From: Pseudomonadota bacterium
Lineage (GTDB): Bacteria > Pseudomonadota > Alphaproteobacteria > Rhizobiales > Rhizobiaceae
Length of the DNA stretch: 64,000 nucleotides
Assembly: GCA_023389195.1 (NCBI GenBank)
Contig: JAEWET010000020.1
Coordinates: 33,059 to 97,058 of the forward strand
Reading direction: 5' to 3'
Under the pieces are notes generated by a model, which was not told where the DNA came from, did not search any database, and saw nothing but the letters and a program-made list of their open reading frames with translations. The translations under genes were made by a program, and so were the position numbers. This document shows positions 17,961 to 26,812 of the stretch, piece by piece. Numbering within the stretch: the first letter of the stretch is position 1; each line of letters begins with the position of its first letter.

Positions 17961-18683
17961 ATGATCTCGTTTCGGGAAGTGGACGATGCCAATCCGGCGC
18001 TTGCCCATTCACCCATGGTGCGTGCGCTCGAAAAAACATTCGCCTATATCGGCGAACATGGTGGGATCCCTCTGACCCCGTCCAAGGCCTTCAAACGTGC
18101 CTTCGTCCATTGGGCCGCTGCCGAGTTCGAATGGCCAGAATATTCGGAAACCGACCTCTTCTCCATCAACAAGGTGCTCAACGAAACAGATTTCGGGCCG
18201 CTGATGGAACTGCACGACCTGATGATCGCCCTGAAGATCGGGCGTCACTACAAGGGGCGGTTCGCGTTGTCGCGGGCGGGCGAGTCCCTGATAGATCGTC
18301 CTGGTCGCCTTTTCGGGATCGTCACGCCATTCTACCTCTTCGAGGTCGACCACCTGCGGTTTTCGCGGCGGCAGGAGCGACCGCTGGGCAACTGGGACAC
18401 TTTCCTCAATGTGCTGAATGTTGAGGCCGAGAACGGTGTTACGGGCGCAGAAATCCGGCGCACATTCTATGGGCCGGCAGAGCAGGCAGGAGGGTTCGAT
18501 GGGGTCCTTGGAGACCTCTATATCCACGTGCTGCGCCCTCTCTGCTGGACGGGATTGTTGCACGAGGAACGCGCGGACGGCGCAAGACGATTCGAGCAAC
18601 GCATGTTCATGAAGACGCCGCTATGGCGCGCGGCGCTCCATCTGAGCACCGACAACGAGGTACGGCAGGCGGTACGCCACTAA
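17961..18683 (+). CDS. hypothetical protein co-transcribed with the repressor (lysogeny-expressed moron candidate)
   Basis: 240 aa from the ATG at 17961, 1 nt after the repressor stop. No motif recognised. Confidence 0.65.
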   Translation: MISFREVDDANPALAHSPMVRALEKTFAYIGEHGGIPLTPSKAFKRAFVHWAAAEFEWPEYSETDLFSINKVLNETDFGPLMELHDLMIALKIGRHYKGRFALSRAGESLIDRPGRLFGIVTPFYLFEVDHLRFSRRQERPLGNWDTFLNVLNVEAENGVTGAEIRRTFYGPAEQAGGFDGVLGDLYIHVLRPLCWTGLLHEERADGARRFEQRMFMKTPLWRAALHLSTDNEVRQAVRH

Positions 18684-18800
18684 AACAAACACGATCTGGC
18701 TCGCATGATTTCGCAGCAGTTCGACAAGCATTTGAAATCGCTTGTATTTTAGGATTTTACGCCCACCGTTCGCTCATCATCTCCTGTTGCGAACGGTCTC

Positions 18801-19025
18801 ATGCACGACATCTCCTCCGCCCCGAACCCCTTGTCGCCCGAGCGCATGACGAGCGATGAGCGGCTTGCCGAACTCGGCCGGATTCTCGCCGCTGGGCTGA
18901 GGCGGGTTCTGCCCGAACAGTCCAGTCATTTATCTGCCGCCGGCAAAGACAGTTCATTCGACATTCTCGCCCTCAAACGCCGTGTTGGTCGTCGCAAACC
19001 GAGCAACCGAGTTGGAGGACAATGA
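18801..19025 (+). CDS. small hypothetical protein upstream of the recombinase module
   Basis: 74 aa. It overlaps the next gene by 4 nt. Confidence 0.4.
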   Translation: MHDISSAPNPLSPERMTSDERLAELGRILAAGLRRVLPEQSSHLSAAGKDSSFDILALKRRVGRRKPSNRVGGQ

Positions 19026-19534
19026 TGTCGGAAACGACGAAACGGGCTGGATCGAAACAGAACCAGCAGCATGAAAAAATGGCGGCGGACACGCCGGTGC
19101 TGGCCAGGCTGGCGGCGCTGAAGCGCATGTCGGTTAGGGAGCTGAAAGCCGAGTGGGAGGCCTTGTTCGCGGCGCCAGCGCCGAACAACAGCCGCGGCTA
19201 TCTCGAAATGCGGCTGGCCTGGCGCATCCAGGAACTGGCCCTTGGCGGGCTTTCCCGTGAGACTCGCAAGATACTGGACCTGCTGGCCGACGAGATCGAC
19301 GGCAATTCCGGTCGCAAGGCGATCATTGCCGATCCGCGCAATCCGGTCATCGGCACGCGGCTGGTCCGCGAGTGGGATGGTATCGAACACACTGTCACCG
19401 TAATGAAGGACGGGTTCGATTGGCAGGGCCGCCGGTTCAAGTCGCTGTCGGCGGCAGCGCGCGCGATCACCGGCACGCAATGGAACGGCTACCGCTTCTT
19501 CGGCCTCCGCGAGCCGCGGAGGGATGACCGATGA
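19022..19534 (+). CDS. DUF2924-like protein (serine-recombinase accessory)
   Basis: 170 aa. The segment LKAEWEALF...NSRGYLEMRLAWRIQELALGGLS...REWDGIEHTVTVMKDGFDWQGRRFKSLSAAARAITGTQWNGYRFFGL matches the DUF2924 pattern. It is coupled to the recombinase. Confidence 0.75.
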   Translation: MMSETTKRAGSKQNQQHEKMAADTPVLARLAALKRMSVRELKAEWEALFAAPAPNNSRGYLEMRLAWRIQELALGGLSRETRKILDLLADEIDGNSGRKAIIADPRNPVIGTRLVREWDGIEHTVTVMKDGFDWQGRRFKSLSAAARAITGTQWNGYRFFGLREPRRDDR

Positions 19535-20865
19535 GCCGTCATCAGGAAACCGCCGCACCCGTTCCGCGCCGTTTGCGCTGCGCCATCTACACCCGCAAGT
19601 CGAGCGAGGAAGGGCTCGACATGGAATTCAACTCGCTCGATGCCCAGCGCGAATCCTGCGAGGCCTATGTCGCCAGCCAGCGTTCGGAGGGGTTTGCCGC
19701 CATCCGCGAACGCTATGACGATGGCGGTCATTCCGGCGGCACCCTGGAGCGACCGGCGCTGCAGCGTCTGCTCGTCGATGTGGAAGCCGGGCTGATCGAC
19801 GTGATCGTGGTCTACAAGATCGACAGGCTCAGCCGATCGCTGATGGATTTCGCCAAGCTGGTGGAAATCTTTGACCGCAATCAGGTGACCTTCGTGTCGG
19901 TCACCCAGTCGTTCAACACCACGACCTCGATGGGGCGGCTGACGCTCAACATCCTGCTGTCCTTCGCCCAGTTCGAGCGCGAGGTGATCGGTGAGCGCAT
20001 CCGCGACAAGATTGCCGCCTCGCGCAAGCGCGGCATGTGGATGGGCGGCTTCGTGCCGCTCGGCTACCGTGTCGAAAATCGCAAGCTGCTGATCGAAGAG
20101 ACGGAAGCCGAGACGGTGCGTATGATCTTCGAGCGGTTCGTTGCCATCGGCTCGGCCACGGTGCTGGCGAAGACGCTTGCCGCCGAGGGCGTGCGCACGC
20201 GGCGCGGCAAGCCGATCGACAAGGGCTTTCTCTACAAGCTCCTCAACAACCGCGTCTATATTGGCGAGGCTGTGCATAAGGGCGCGAGCTATCCCGGTGA
20301 GCACGAGCCGATCATCGACCGTGCGCTGTGGGACAAGGTCCACACCATCCTGCAAACCAGCCCGCGCCAGCGTGCCGCCAACACACGTGCGCAGACACCG
20401 GCCCTGCTCAAGGGGCTGATCTTCACCGACACCCGCACGGCGATGACGCCGACGGCGACGAAAAAGGGAGTCAAGCTCTATCGCTACTATACCTCGATGG
20501 ACCTGATCCGGAACCGCACGGTCGATGCCGCTGGGCCGCAGCGCCTTCCCGCCGGCATGGTCGAGGATGCCGTCATCGGCGAAATCCGCCGCATGATCGC
20601 GACGCCCGAGGTCCGGGCGCGGGCGCTTTCCGCCCTGAAGGCGGACATGCCGGACGTCGACGACAAGGCAGTCATCGCCGCTCTTGGCGAGTTCGATGCT
20701 TTGTGGGCGTCGCTGTTTCCGGCCGAACAGGCACGCATCGTCCAGCTTCTGGTGGCCCGCGTCACGGTCGGTACCGCAGGGCTGGCGATCGATCTGCGCC
20801 ATGACGGAATCGGCTCGCTGGCGCGTCAGATGATGGCGTCACAGACCCGAATGGATGCAGCATGA
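19531..20865 (+). CDS. large serine recombinase (prophage integrase)
   Basis: The resolvase catalytic N-terminus is RCAIYTRKSSEEG...DDGGHSGGTLERPALQRLL...VVYKIDRLSRS. A recombinase domain follows (GGFVPLGYRVENRKL). Confidence 0.9.
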   Translation: MSRHQETAAPVPRRLRCAIYTRKSSEEGLDMEFNSLDAQRESCEAYVASQRSEGFAAIRERYDDGGHSGGTLERPALQRLLVDVEAGLIDVIVVYKIDRLSRSLMDFAKLVEIFDRNQVTFVSVTQSFNTTTSMGRLTLNILLSFAQFEREVIGERIRDKIAASRKRGMWMGGFVPLGYRVENRKLLIEETEAETVRMIFERFVAIGSATVLAKTLAAEGVRTRRGKPIDKGFLYKLLNNRVYIGEAVHKGASYPGEHEPIIDRALWDKVHTILQTSPRQRAANTRAQTPALLKGLIFTDTRTAMTPTATKKGVKLYRYYTSMDLIRNRTVDAAGPQRLPAGMVEDAVIGEIRRMIATPEVRARALSALKADMPDVDDKAVIAALGEFDALWASLFPAEQARIVQLLVARVTVGTAGLAIDLRHDGIGSLARQMMASQTRMDAA

Positions 20866-21245
20866 CGGACCGGACCATCCGTGTGGTCATTCCGCTGGCC
20901 GTGCGCAAGAAGAATGGTCGTCCGAAGATCCTGCCGCCGGCCGACCACATGCCCGCCGAGACGCGGGCGCAGGATACGCATGTGCTGCGCGCCATCGCTC
21001 GTGCATGGAACTGGCGGCGCAGGCTGGAACGCGGTGAGGCCTCGACCATTGCCGACATCGCCACCGCCGACAAGGTCACCGACCGCTTCGTCAGCCGCAT
21101 GATGCGATTGGCTTACCTTGCCCCAGACGTGCTGGAGAAGCTGCTGATCCACCGCATTCCGCCGGCGCTATCGCTCAACGATCTGATCGCCGCAGCAGAT
21201 CTGCCATGGGCGGAGCAGATGGAGGCAGTGTTCGAATCAGCATAG
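20862..21245 (+). CDS. recombinase-associated small protein
   Basis: 127 aa with a 4-nt overlap on the recombinase stop. It has an HTH-like segment, IADIATADKVTDRFVSRMMRLAYLAP. Confidence 0.6.
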   Translation: MTDRTIRVVIPLAVRKKNGRPKILPPADHMPAETRAQDTHVLRAIARAWNWRRRLERGEASTIADIATADKVTDRFVSRMMRLAYLAPDVLEKLLIHRIPPALSLNDLIAAADLPWAEQMEAVFESA

Positions 21246-21349
21246 CGGATACTGCTTTTCTGAAAAGCGTTTGATACGGTCGGAAGATTATCTTCGCAGT
21301 GAATTATCCTGGTCATTATAGGTGAGACATCAGAAATCACGGAGGGGGA

Positions 21350-22291
21350 ATGCCGGCGTATTGGTGGGTGAACCACAAGCAGACTTTCGATCAGGAGGTC
21401 GGCGGAAACTATATCTGGTCGCCGCTCACCAGAAGCGATGGCGGTCGCAATGTGTTCTATGAGAACATGAAGCGCGTAGAGCTCGGTGACATCGTATTCT
21501 CTTTTGCGGATGCGCGCATACAGGCCGTTGGTGTGTGCGTCGCACCGGCAGTTTTGGCTCCAAAGCCCGACGAGTTCGGTGCGGCAGGTTCAGCTTGGCA
21601 TGATCAAGGGTGGCAAGTGTCCGTTCGCTTTAAGCGACTGAACGTTCCGGTTCGCCCTAAAGACCAAATGGATATCTTGGGGCCGCTCCTGCCCGAAAAA
21701 TACTCTCCTATTCGGTCAACGGGAGATGGCAATCAAGGTGCCTATCTGGCGTCTATCCCGGCAGCAATGGCAGCCCAACTTATCAAACTGATCGGCAATG
21801 AATGGACCGGGCTTGGGTTGGAATTAAGCGTCGATGCCAATGCGGCCGTAGAGCGCGCCGAGCGGCAAGTAGCCACGGCAATAAAGAATAGAACGGATAT
21901 AGGCGACACCGCGAAGCGGCAACTCATACGGGCCCGGCGTGGTCAGGGTGTATATCGCCAGAATCTTCAAGGTTTCGAGAAAACCTGTCGCGTCACAGGT
22001 ATTTCAAACCCACGTCATTTGCGTGCCAGCCATATCAAGCCATGGCGGCTTTCAAGCGATTTTGAGAAGCTCGATGGCAATAATGGATTGTTTCTCAGCC
22101 CCCATGTCGATCATCTATTTGACCAGGGGTATATCAGCTTCTCCGATACGGGGACGCTCATTATATCATCGAGAATGGACCAAGACGTATTGTTGCGATG
22201 GCATATAGTGCCGGACACGCTGGGTGGCCGGTTTCGCGCGAGCCAATTACTGTACATCGCATTCCACAGAGAGTTTGTCTTCAAGCATTAG
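21350..22291 (+). CDS. PUA/EVE-like reader domain fused to an HNH_2 nuclease (candidate modification-dependent type IV restriction enzyme)
   Basis: 313 aa. The N-terminus YWWVNHKQTF...NVFYENMKRVELGDIVFSF resembles EVE/PUA-fold readers. The C-terminus CRVTGISNPRHLRASHIKPW...NNGLFLSPHVDHLFDQGYISF is a clear HNH_2 core. Confidence 0.75.
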   Translation: MPAYWWVNHKQTFDQEVGGNYIWSPLTRSDGGRNVFYENMKRVELGDIVFSFADARIQAVGVCVAPAVLAPKPDEFGAAGSAWHDQGWQVSVRFKRLNVPVRPKDQMDILGPLLPEKYSPIRSTGDGNQGAYLASIPAAMAAQLIKLIGNEWTGLGLELSVDANAAVERAERQVATAIKNRTDIGDTAKRQLIRARRGQGVYRQNLQGFEKTCRVTGISNPRHLRASHIKPWRLSSDFEKLDGNNGLFLSPHVDHLFDQGYISFSDTGTLIISSRMDQDVLLRWHIVPDTLGGRFRASQLLYIAFHREFVFKH

Positions 22292-23028
22292 TTCCGGGCC
22301 ATGCGCCATCCGGCTGCCTGCGCTTCATCCTCGGTGCAGAACCAGCGCTCACCCGTGTTCTCCGTGATCCTGGTCCGGTCGTAATCCTGCTGACCCGGCA
22401 TATGGTAGATTCGGGCGCCGTTGCGGCTGATATTGCCCTTGATTCGACAGCCAGATGTTGGGCTTGCAGACGCCACCGGTTGCGGCAGGAGATGTTGCTG
22501 CGCATTGATCGGCACCGACAGGGCGCCCAGAATCTCGGTCTGTGTGCCGCGATGGCGCCAATCCCATGGCGCAATGAACGCGCCGGACCACAGACCTGCT
22601 TGCCTGGTGCGCGCGATCTGTTCTTCGCCAACATAGATATCGGAATAACGCCGGAAGGCGAGCGCCCAACCACCGGCTACCATCGCCGCGTTGATGTCCA
22701 TCTCGCCAGCAACGCAGGACATGATGCGTCGGCCATAGCGGTCTATGTCATTGCCCGTGCAGGTGACCGAGCGTCCCTCAACCAGCCGAGCCAGCGCATC
22801 GCGGGCGGCGATCCCGCAAGTGTAGTTCTTTCCGGCCTTGTTGATACAGACCTGGTCGGTTTCCGGCGCATCGATACCGTTCAACCGGATCCTCGTGCCC
22901 TTTATTGTAATGGTGTCGCCGTCGGAAATTCTTGCGAAGCCTGTTATTGTCGCTGCCGTTGCTGCGGCAATCGGACCTGCAAGCAGTAAAGTAGCGATCA
23001 GAAGAATCAGGGCAGGGCGATGAATCAT
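22288..23028 (-). CDS. secreted thermonuclease (SNase) family protein
   Basis: The signal peptide is MIHRPALILLIATLLLAGPIAAATA. The SNase motif is IRLNGIDAPE. The C-terminal CRIKGNIS...IYHMPGQQDYDRT...RWFCTEDEAQAAGWR tail is typical of rhizobial ExoI-like nucleases. Confidence 0.8.
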   Translation of the reverse strand: MIHRPALILLIATLLLAGPIAAATAATITGFARISDGDTITIKGTRIRLNGIDAPETDQVCINKAGKNYTCGIAARDALARLVEGRSVTCTGNDIDRYGRRIMSCVAGEMDINAAMVAGGWALAFRRYSDIYVGEEQIARTRQAGLWSGAFIAPWDWRHRGTQTEILGALSVPINAQQHLLPQPVASASPTSGCRIKGNISRNGARIYHMPGQQDYDRTRITENTGERWFCTEDEAQAAGWRMARN

Positions 23029-23311
23029 GGGGGTCTTGTCTGACGTAAAAGCATGGATTGAAAGGCGGCGACAATTGAGGCGGCTTTTCCAGGATGATGC
23101 CCGCCAACTGGTCGAGCGGGATCCCGTGACAGCCTACTATGATGCGCAACGGGCCGCAGCTCGGGCCCGTTTTGCAGGTGACGGCCGCTCCTTTTTGCAT
23201 TGGGCGAAAGTGGCGGCCGAGGTCGCGCGGATCAGCAATGCGCCGATGGACTACGAAATCGTTAAAAGAATGGTCGACGAAGAGGAAAGGCGGACGAAGA
23301 GGGGAAAGTAG
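23027..23311 (+). CDS. hypothetical small protein
   Basis: 94 aa. Its ATG overlaps the divergent thermonuclease ATG (CATG). Confidence 0.4.
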   Translation: MGVLSDVKAWIERRRQLRRLFQDDARQLVERDPVTAYYDAQRAAARARFAGDGRSFLHWAKVAAEVARISNAPMDYEIVKRMVDEEERRTKRGK

Positions 23312-23378
23312 TGGGTGGCCGTGCCACTGGAGCGACTGGGGGAAGTGGTACAGATGATCAACAATCGCGGGCGAATCA

Positions 23379-24569
23379 TTATCCCCACGGCCCGCGGTCA
23401 GCATCCGCACGCTCAATCAACGTCGCCATAGGTACGGAGTGCAAGTGGTGCTCGGAGTTTGACATCAGCAACAGCCGATTGATGGTGTTGTCTTGAAAGC
23501 CTCCGAAGCGAAATTCGGTCGTGATGCGCGCGGCAACGGAAGGGACCTTGGCGCGGGTGATTAAGGATTGCATCGAACCCCGCTGCCGCCGGAAGCGTGC
23601 GGCGAGCTGTGCCTCGAAGTTCGGTTTCAGGGTCTCCGCGGTACGGGAAGCCGTGTAGGCGAAGGCGGCTCCAAATAGCGACTCCATCTCGCGAAATGAG
23701 CGGTCGTCTAACACTCGGAAAATTGCTTGGTGGCCCACCGGAAATGTGACTGGGGTCGATGCGACCTCGCGTTGCAATTGGATCAGGGCAGGCGTGGTTC
23801 CGATATGTCGCCTGGCGAGCGCTGCCTGAAGCTCTCTCCAGCGGAAGATACTATCGGTCAGTATCTGCGCGCCGGTCGCTTGGGCCAGGTACATCGCTAT
23901 CTCAAAGTTAGGAGCCATCTTCATCACTTCGAACTGGCCGCCATTCGTAAGCGGGTCGTCCTGAAGGATAGCCAGCTTATCTTCGACCTTCATCTGCTCG
24001 ATGAGATCGACGAGGGTATCCATCCTGACTGGCTCGTCATTGCCGACCGACTCCAATATGCGCTTGGCGAGGGCATCTTTTGGCATGTTCAACATCATGC
24101 GGCGCATGTCTTCTTGCATCACCGCCTCGAGCCTCGGGTCGTCGGAGGGGCTAAACTTGATGGCCCTGGACCGGGCCCGAGCCATGGCCATCATCTGATC
24201 ACGGAGGTGAAAATCGAAGTCGCACGGATCCGGGATCAGGGTGACCAGCCCGGCCTCGACGAGCGGCATGAGGTGTAGGAACGTCATCAGGGTCTTGAGG
24301 GCTTCGCCACGGTATTGGCGGGGGTACTCCGTGGGTCGCTTCTCCTTCCGTAGGGTTCGTGAGATCATGAAAGGGTTCTGAATGATGACCTCACCGAAAT
24401 ACAGTGGCGCCCCCAGCGCGAACTCCATAATCAGCTTGGGATGGAGTGAGCCGGTATAGACGGAACGCATCTTGCGATCCGGCTTGGGCAGGAGCGATAG
24501 CAGGTCGGTCTCGAGCGGCCAGAGGGCCTCGTATAAGCCGTACATCCGCGCGATCCTGTCGTCAGTCAT
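23379..24569 (-). CDS. hypothetical 396-aa protein, downstream partner of the DUF4238/SEC-C gene
   Basis: The start MTDDRIARMYGLYE (ATG at 24567-24569) overlaps the upstream stop (ATGA). The longer track ORF (to 24785) is an artefactual extension. No domain recognised. Confidence 0.65.
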   Translation of the reverse strand: MTDDRIARMYGLYEALWPLETDLLSLLPKPDRKMRSVYTGSLHPKLIMEFALGAPLYFGEVIIQNPFMISRTLRKEKRPTEYPRQYRGEALKTLMTFLHLMPLVEAGLVTLIPDPCDFDFHLRDQMMAMARARSRAIKFSPSDDPRLEAVMQEDMRRMMLNMPKDALAKRILESVGNDEPVRMDTLVDLIEQMKVEDKLAILQDDPLTNGGQFEVMKMAPNFEIAMYLAQATGAQILTDSIFRWRELQAALARRHIGTTPALIQLQREVASTPVTFPVGHQAIFRVLDDRSFREMESLFGAAFAYTASRTAETLKPNFEAQLAARFRRQRGSMQSLITRAKVPSVAARITTEFRFGGFQDNTINRLLLMSNSEHHLHSVPMATLIERADADRGPWG

Positions 24570-25837
24570 CTCGCCGCCGTATCCCAGTCCTTGCTCCTCA
24601 ACTCGAAGAGCTGAGCCAGGGCGTCCATGAACATCATGTTGCGCTCGCGGGTACTCTTCTGCGTCCACGACATGCGCAGGTGTGCCGGCTTGTCCCGACA
24701 GCAGTCTCCAAACGACTGCCCGGATCCACACGGACAGTAATCGCGTGGCCGAAGTGGGGTCTTCGGCTCGGCCTTCAGCAGCCATACCCTCGGCTTTTCG
24801 GTTCGCCCGAATTCGTCCTGATAGTGGACATCACCGTTCTCGAATCTGGCAAACATCTCGCCACCGAACTGGTAGAGCCCATCCGCCGGTGGCAGGAACG
24901 TCGCGCGAAGGTCGGCCCAGGACTTCGACACCACCTGTTCGGGATAAAGGTCCTCTCGGCGCGCCCCGGCGACATAGCGGTTTGCGCGTGCCTTGATCAC
25001 GAAGTTCACCTCGACGACCTGATCGTCGGTTAGGTACCGCGTCTTGATGAAATTGATGGTCGATACCATCGTCGACTGGTAGTTCCGCGCGAACGTCCTC
25101 TTTGCGTCAGGGCGCACCTCAGGGTTCTTGGCGTACTCGAGGTTCGTCAGGATCAGGAGGTGATCCGGCCCCAACGGAAAAAGCGTCTGCGAGCCCTTAA
25201 GCGCAGTCGACGGATCTTCGGGGTATTGGTTGCGCGCGTCGGACGGCGGTACGCCATGGTTGTAGGCCGTGACCGGATGATCGCTCAGGATGAACTTGAC
25301 GCTGGCCCGCTCCGCCGAGACAATTTCCCGAACCCCGGTCGTCCAAGTCGTCACGTTGAGCATGTGGATACTCTGCATCTCCAACATCAACTGGTTCTGG
25401 GCTACGCCCGGTAACGTCTCGCCGAGCCGACCAATTTCCGGATACTGCTGCCGTAGCCATGCGAGACCCTTTGGCGTTCGCAATTTCTGGATGTCCAGAA
25501 AATCGAAGAGATCTTCGAAATGTTCATGCCAAGCACGCTGGTTATCACCGCAGAATGCCCGGACCGCGTCGGCGCCCCGCCGGTCGATGTCACCGAAAAG
25601 CTTTCTCTCAATCTCGTCGTCCACATCGACTCCAAAGAACGTGGAGTAGAGGTCCTGCTCGACAAACGCGCGCGACGTGGGCGAATTGAACAAGCTGCGA
25701 GCGTTCGACACCGTTCCGTCCCGGCCCTTGTAGCTAGGCGGCTTCAGGTCGAGCAGGAAGTGAGTCTTCCTGCCCGGAGTAAAGAACCTTTCCTGATGCC
25801 ATTGGGGAACATAATGGTTCTTCCTCGTGACCGACAT
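24566..25837 (-). CDS. DUF4238-like protein with a C-terminal SEC-C metal-binding motif
   Basis: 423 aa. The N-terminal RKNHYVPQWHQERFF matches the HYVPQ signature of DUF4238. The C-terminal YCPCGSGQSFGDCC is a SEC-C motif. Confidence 0.75.
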   Translation of the reverse strand: MSVTRKNHYVPQWHQERFFTPGRKTHFLLDLKPPSYKGRDGTVSNARSLFNSPTSRAFVEQDLYSTFFGVDVDDEIERKLFGDIDRRGADAVRAFCGDNQRAWHEHFEDLFDFLDIQKLRTPKGLAWLRQQYPEIGRLGETLPGVAQNQLMLEMQSIHMLNVTTWTTGVREIVSAERASVKFILSDHPVTAYNHGVPPSDARNQYPEDPSTALKGSQTLFPLGPDHLLILTNLEYAKNPEVRPDAKRTFARNYQSTMVSTINFIKTRYLTDDQVVEVNFVIKARANRYVAGARREDLYPEQVVSKSWADLRATFLPPADGLYQFGGEMFARFENGDVHYQDEFGRTEKPRVWLLKAEPKTPLRPRDYCPCGSGQSFGDCCRDKPAHLRMSWTQKSTRERNMMFMDALAQLFELRSKDWDTAAR

Positions 25838-26375
25838 AAATGCTCGCTACGTAAGTTATGGATATTCAACCAGCATGATCCGTTGACTGTCCAACCGACA
25901 ATATCCGCTATCAATGATAGTAAGAAGCTTGCCGAGCGTCTGTAGTGGGGGCGCATTTTGCTAAAGGCCGTCGGGCATCTGAATGTCAGCTTTTCGGCAA
26001 GAAGCCGTTCGAAAGCGGCCTGCCCGTTTTCCACCCCCATCGCCGACTTTGATCTACAGACACGATATCGCCTCGCTGTACTGCGTCCCAATCCGCCGGA
26101 GAACGTCCATCTCCGGTGTCTCTGGGCGAGATGGCTGGCGGCGGCGGCCATTGCAACTTGAGCGCAGCCCCGAATGCCATCGTATTGAAATCACACAGAC
26201 TTTTTCGGCCGAACCAAATCGCGTAAGGTTCGCATGGTTTGAGACAAAAGCCGTTCAGAGACCGAAAATCGACGCCAAGGCAGTCTCCGAGGTTCGGTCG
26301 GCGTTGCTAACCCTTTTGAAATCAAAAGGAATTTTGCCACTCAAATCGGGATGTAAGGAGTTCGCAATTTGATAG

Positions 26376-26389
26376 TGGCGGAGAGGGAG
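26376..26389. repeat. distal att repeat: displaced copy of the tRNA-Ser 3' end
   Basis: TGGCGGAGAGGGAG is identical to 52018-52031, the 3'-terminal 14 nt of the tRNA-Ser gene in reverse complement. It lies 424 nt upstream of the integrase ATG. Confidence 0.55.
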
Positions 26390-26812
26390 ACCGCCATATC
26401 TATTTCCGTAGGTGTTCGTGGGTGACTTTCAGTGTGGTGTAAGTCTCGGACTTTAAACGACTTTTCATCGGTTCCGTTCGCGCGCGTTCGTGGGTGTCTC
26501 TTGCAATCCGCAAAAATAGGGTGGCTCATAAGGTGGCTGACGGGCACCAGCCACCTTATTCGCTGCCCTGGATACCAGAATGACCGCCTTCGACCTCTCG
26601 CAAGACACGACCTCTGCTGACATTCCAATCCAGCTATCGGCTCCGTGCTGGGACTTGTTGACCGCCATGGTTCAACAACTGGTGGCACAGGCCACATTCC
26701 CCGCGCACATGATCACCAACGCCTGGGTGTGTGAGCACAGCCACCAACCAACCCTTCTGCTGACGATCGGTCGTCAGCCGCCCGCAACGATGCATTGACG
26801 GGGAGGAAAGAC

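Larger units (their letters stand above)
1..21340. mobile_element. prophage, right-hand portion (packaging, methylase, replication/recombination, immunity, serine-recombinase integration module)
   Basis: Gene content and order as listed in the preceding features. The structural genes must lie left of the window. The right boundary is inferred only from the end of the recombinase module and a visible change in composition. The att site is not identified. Confidence 0.7.

Noticed and set aside
25840-26375. ORFs 25744..26151 (-), 25983..26372 (+) and 25958..26161 (+)
   Set aside because: They are mutually overlapping ORFs in an AT-rich intergenic region with no motifs and no coupling. The region is more likely promoter or remnant DNA.
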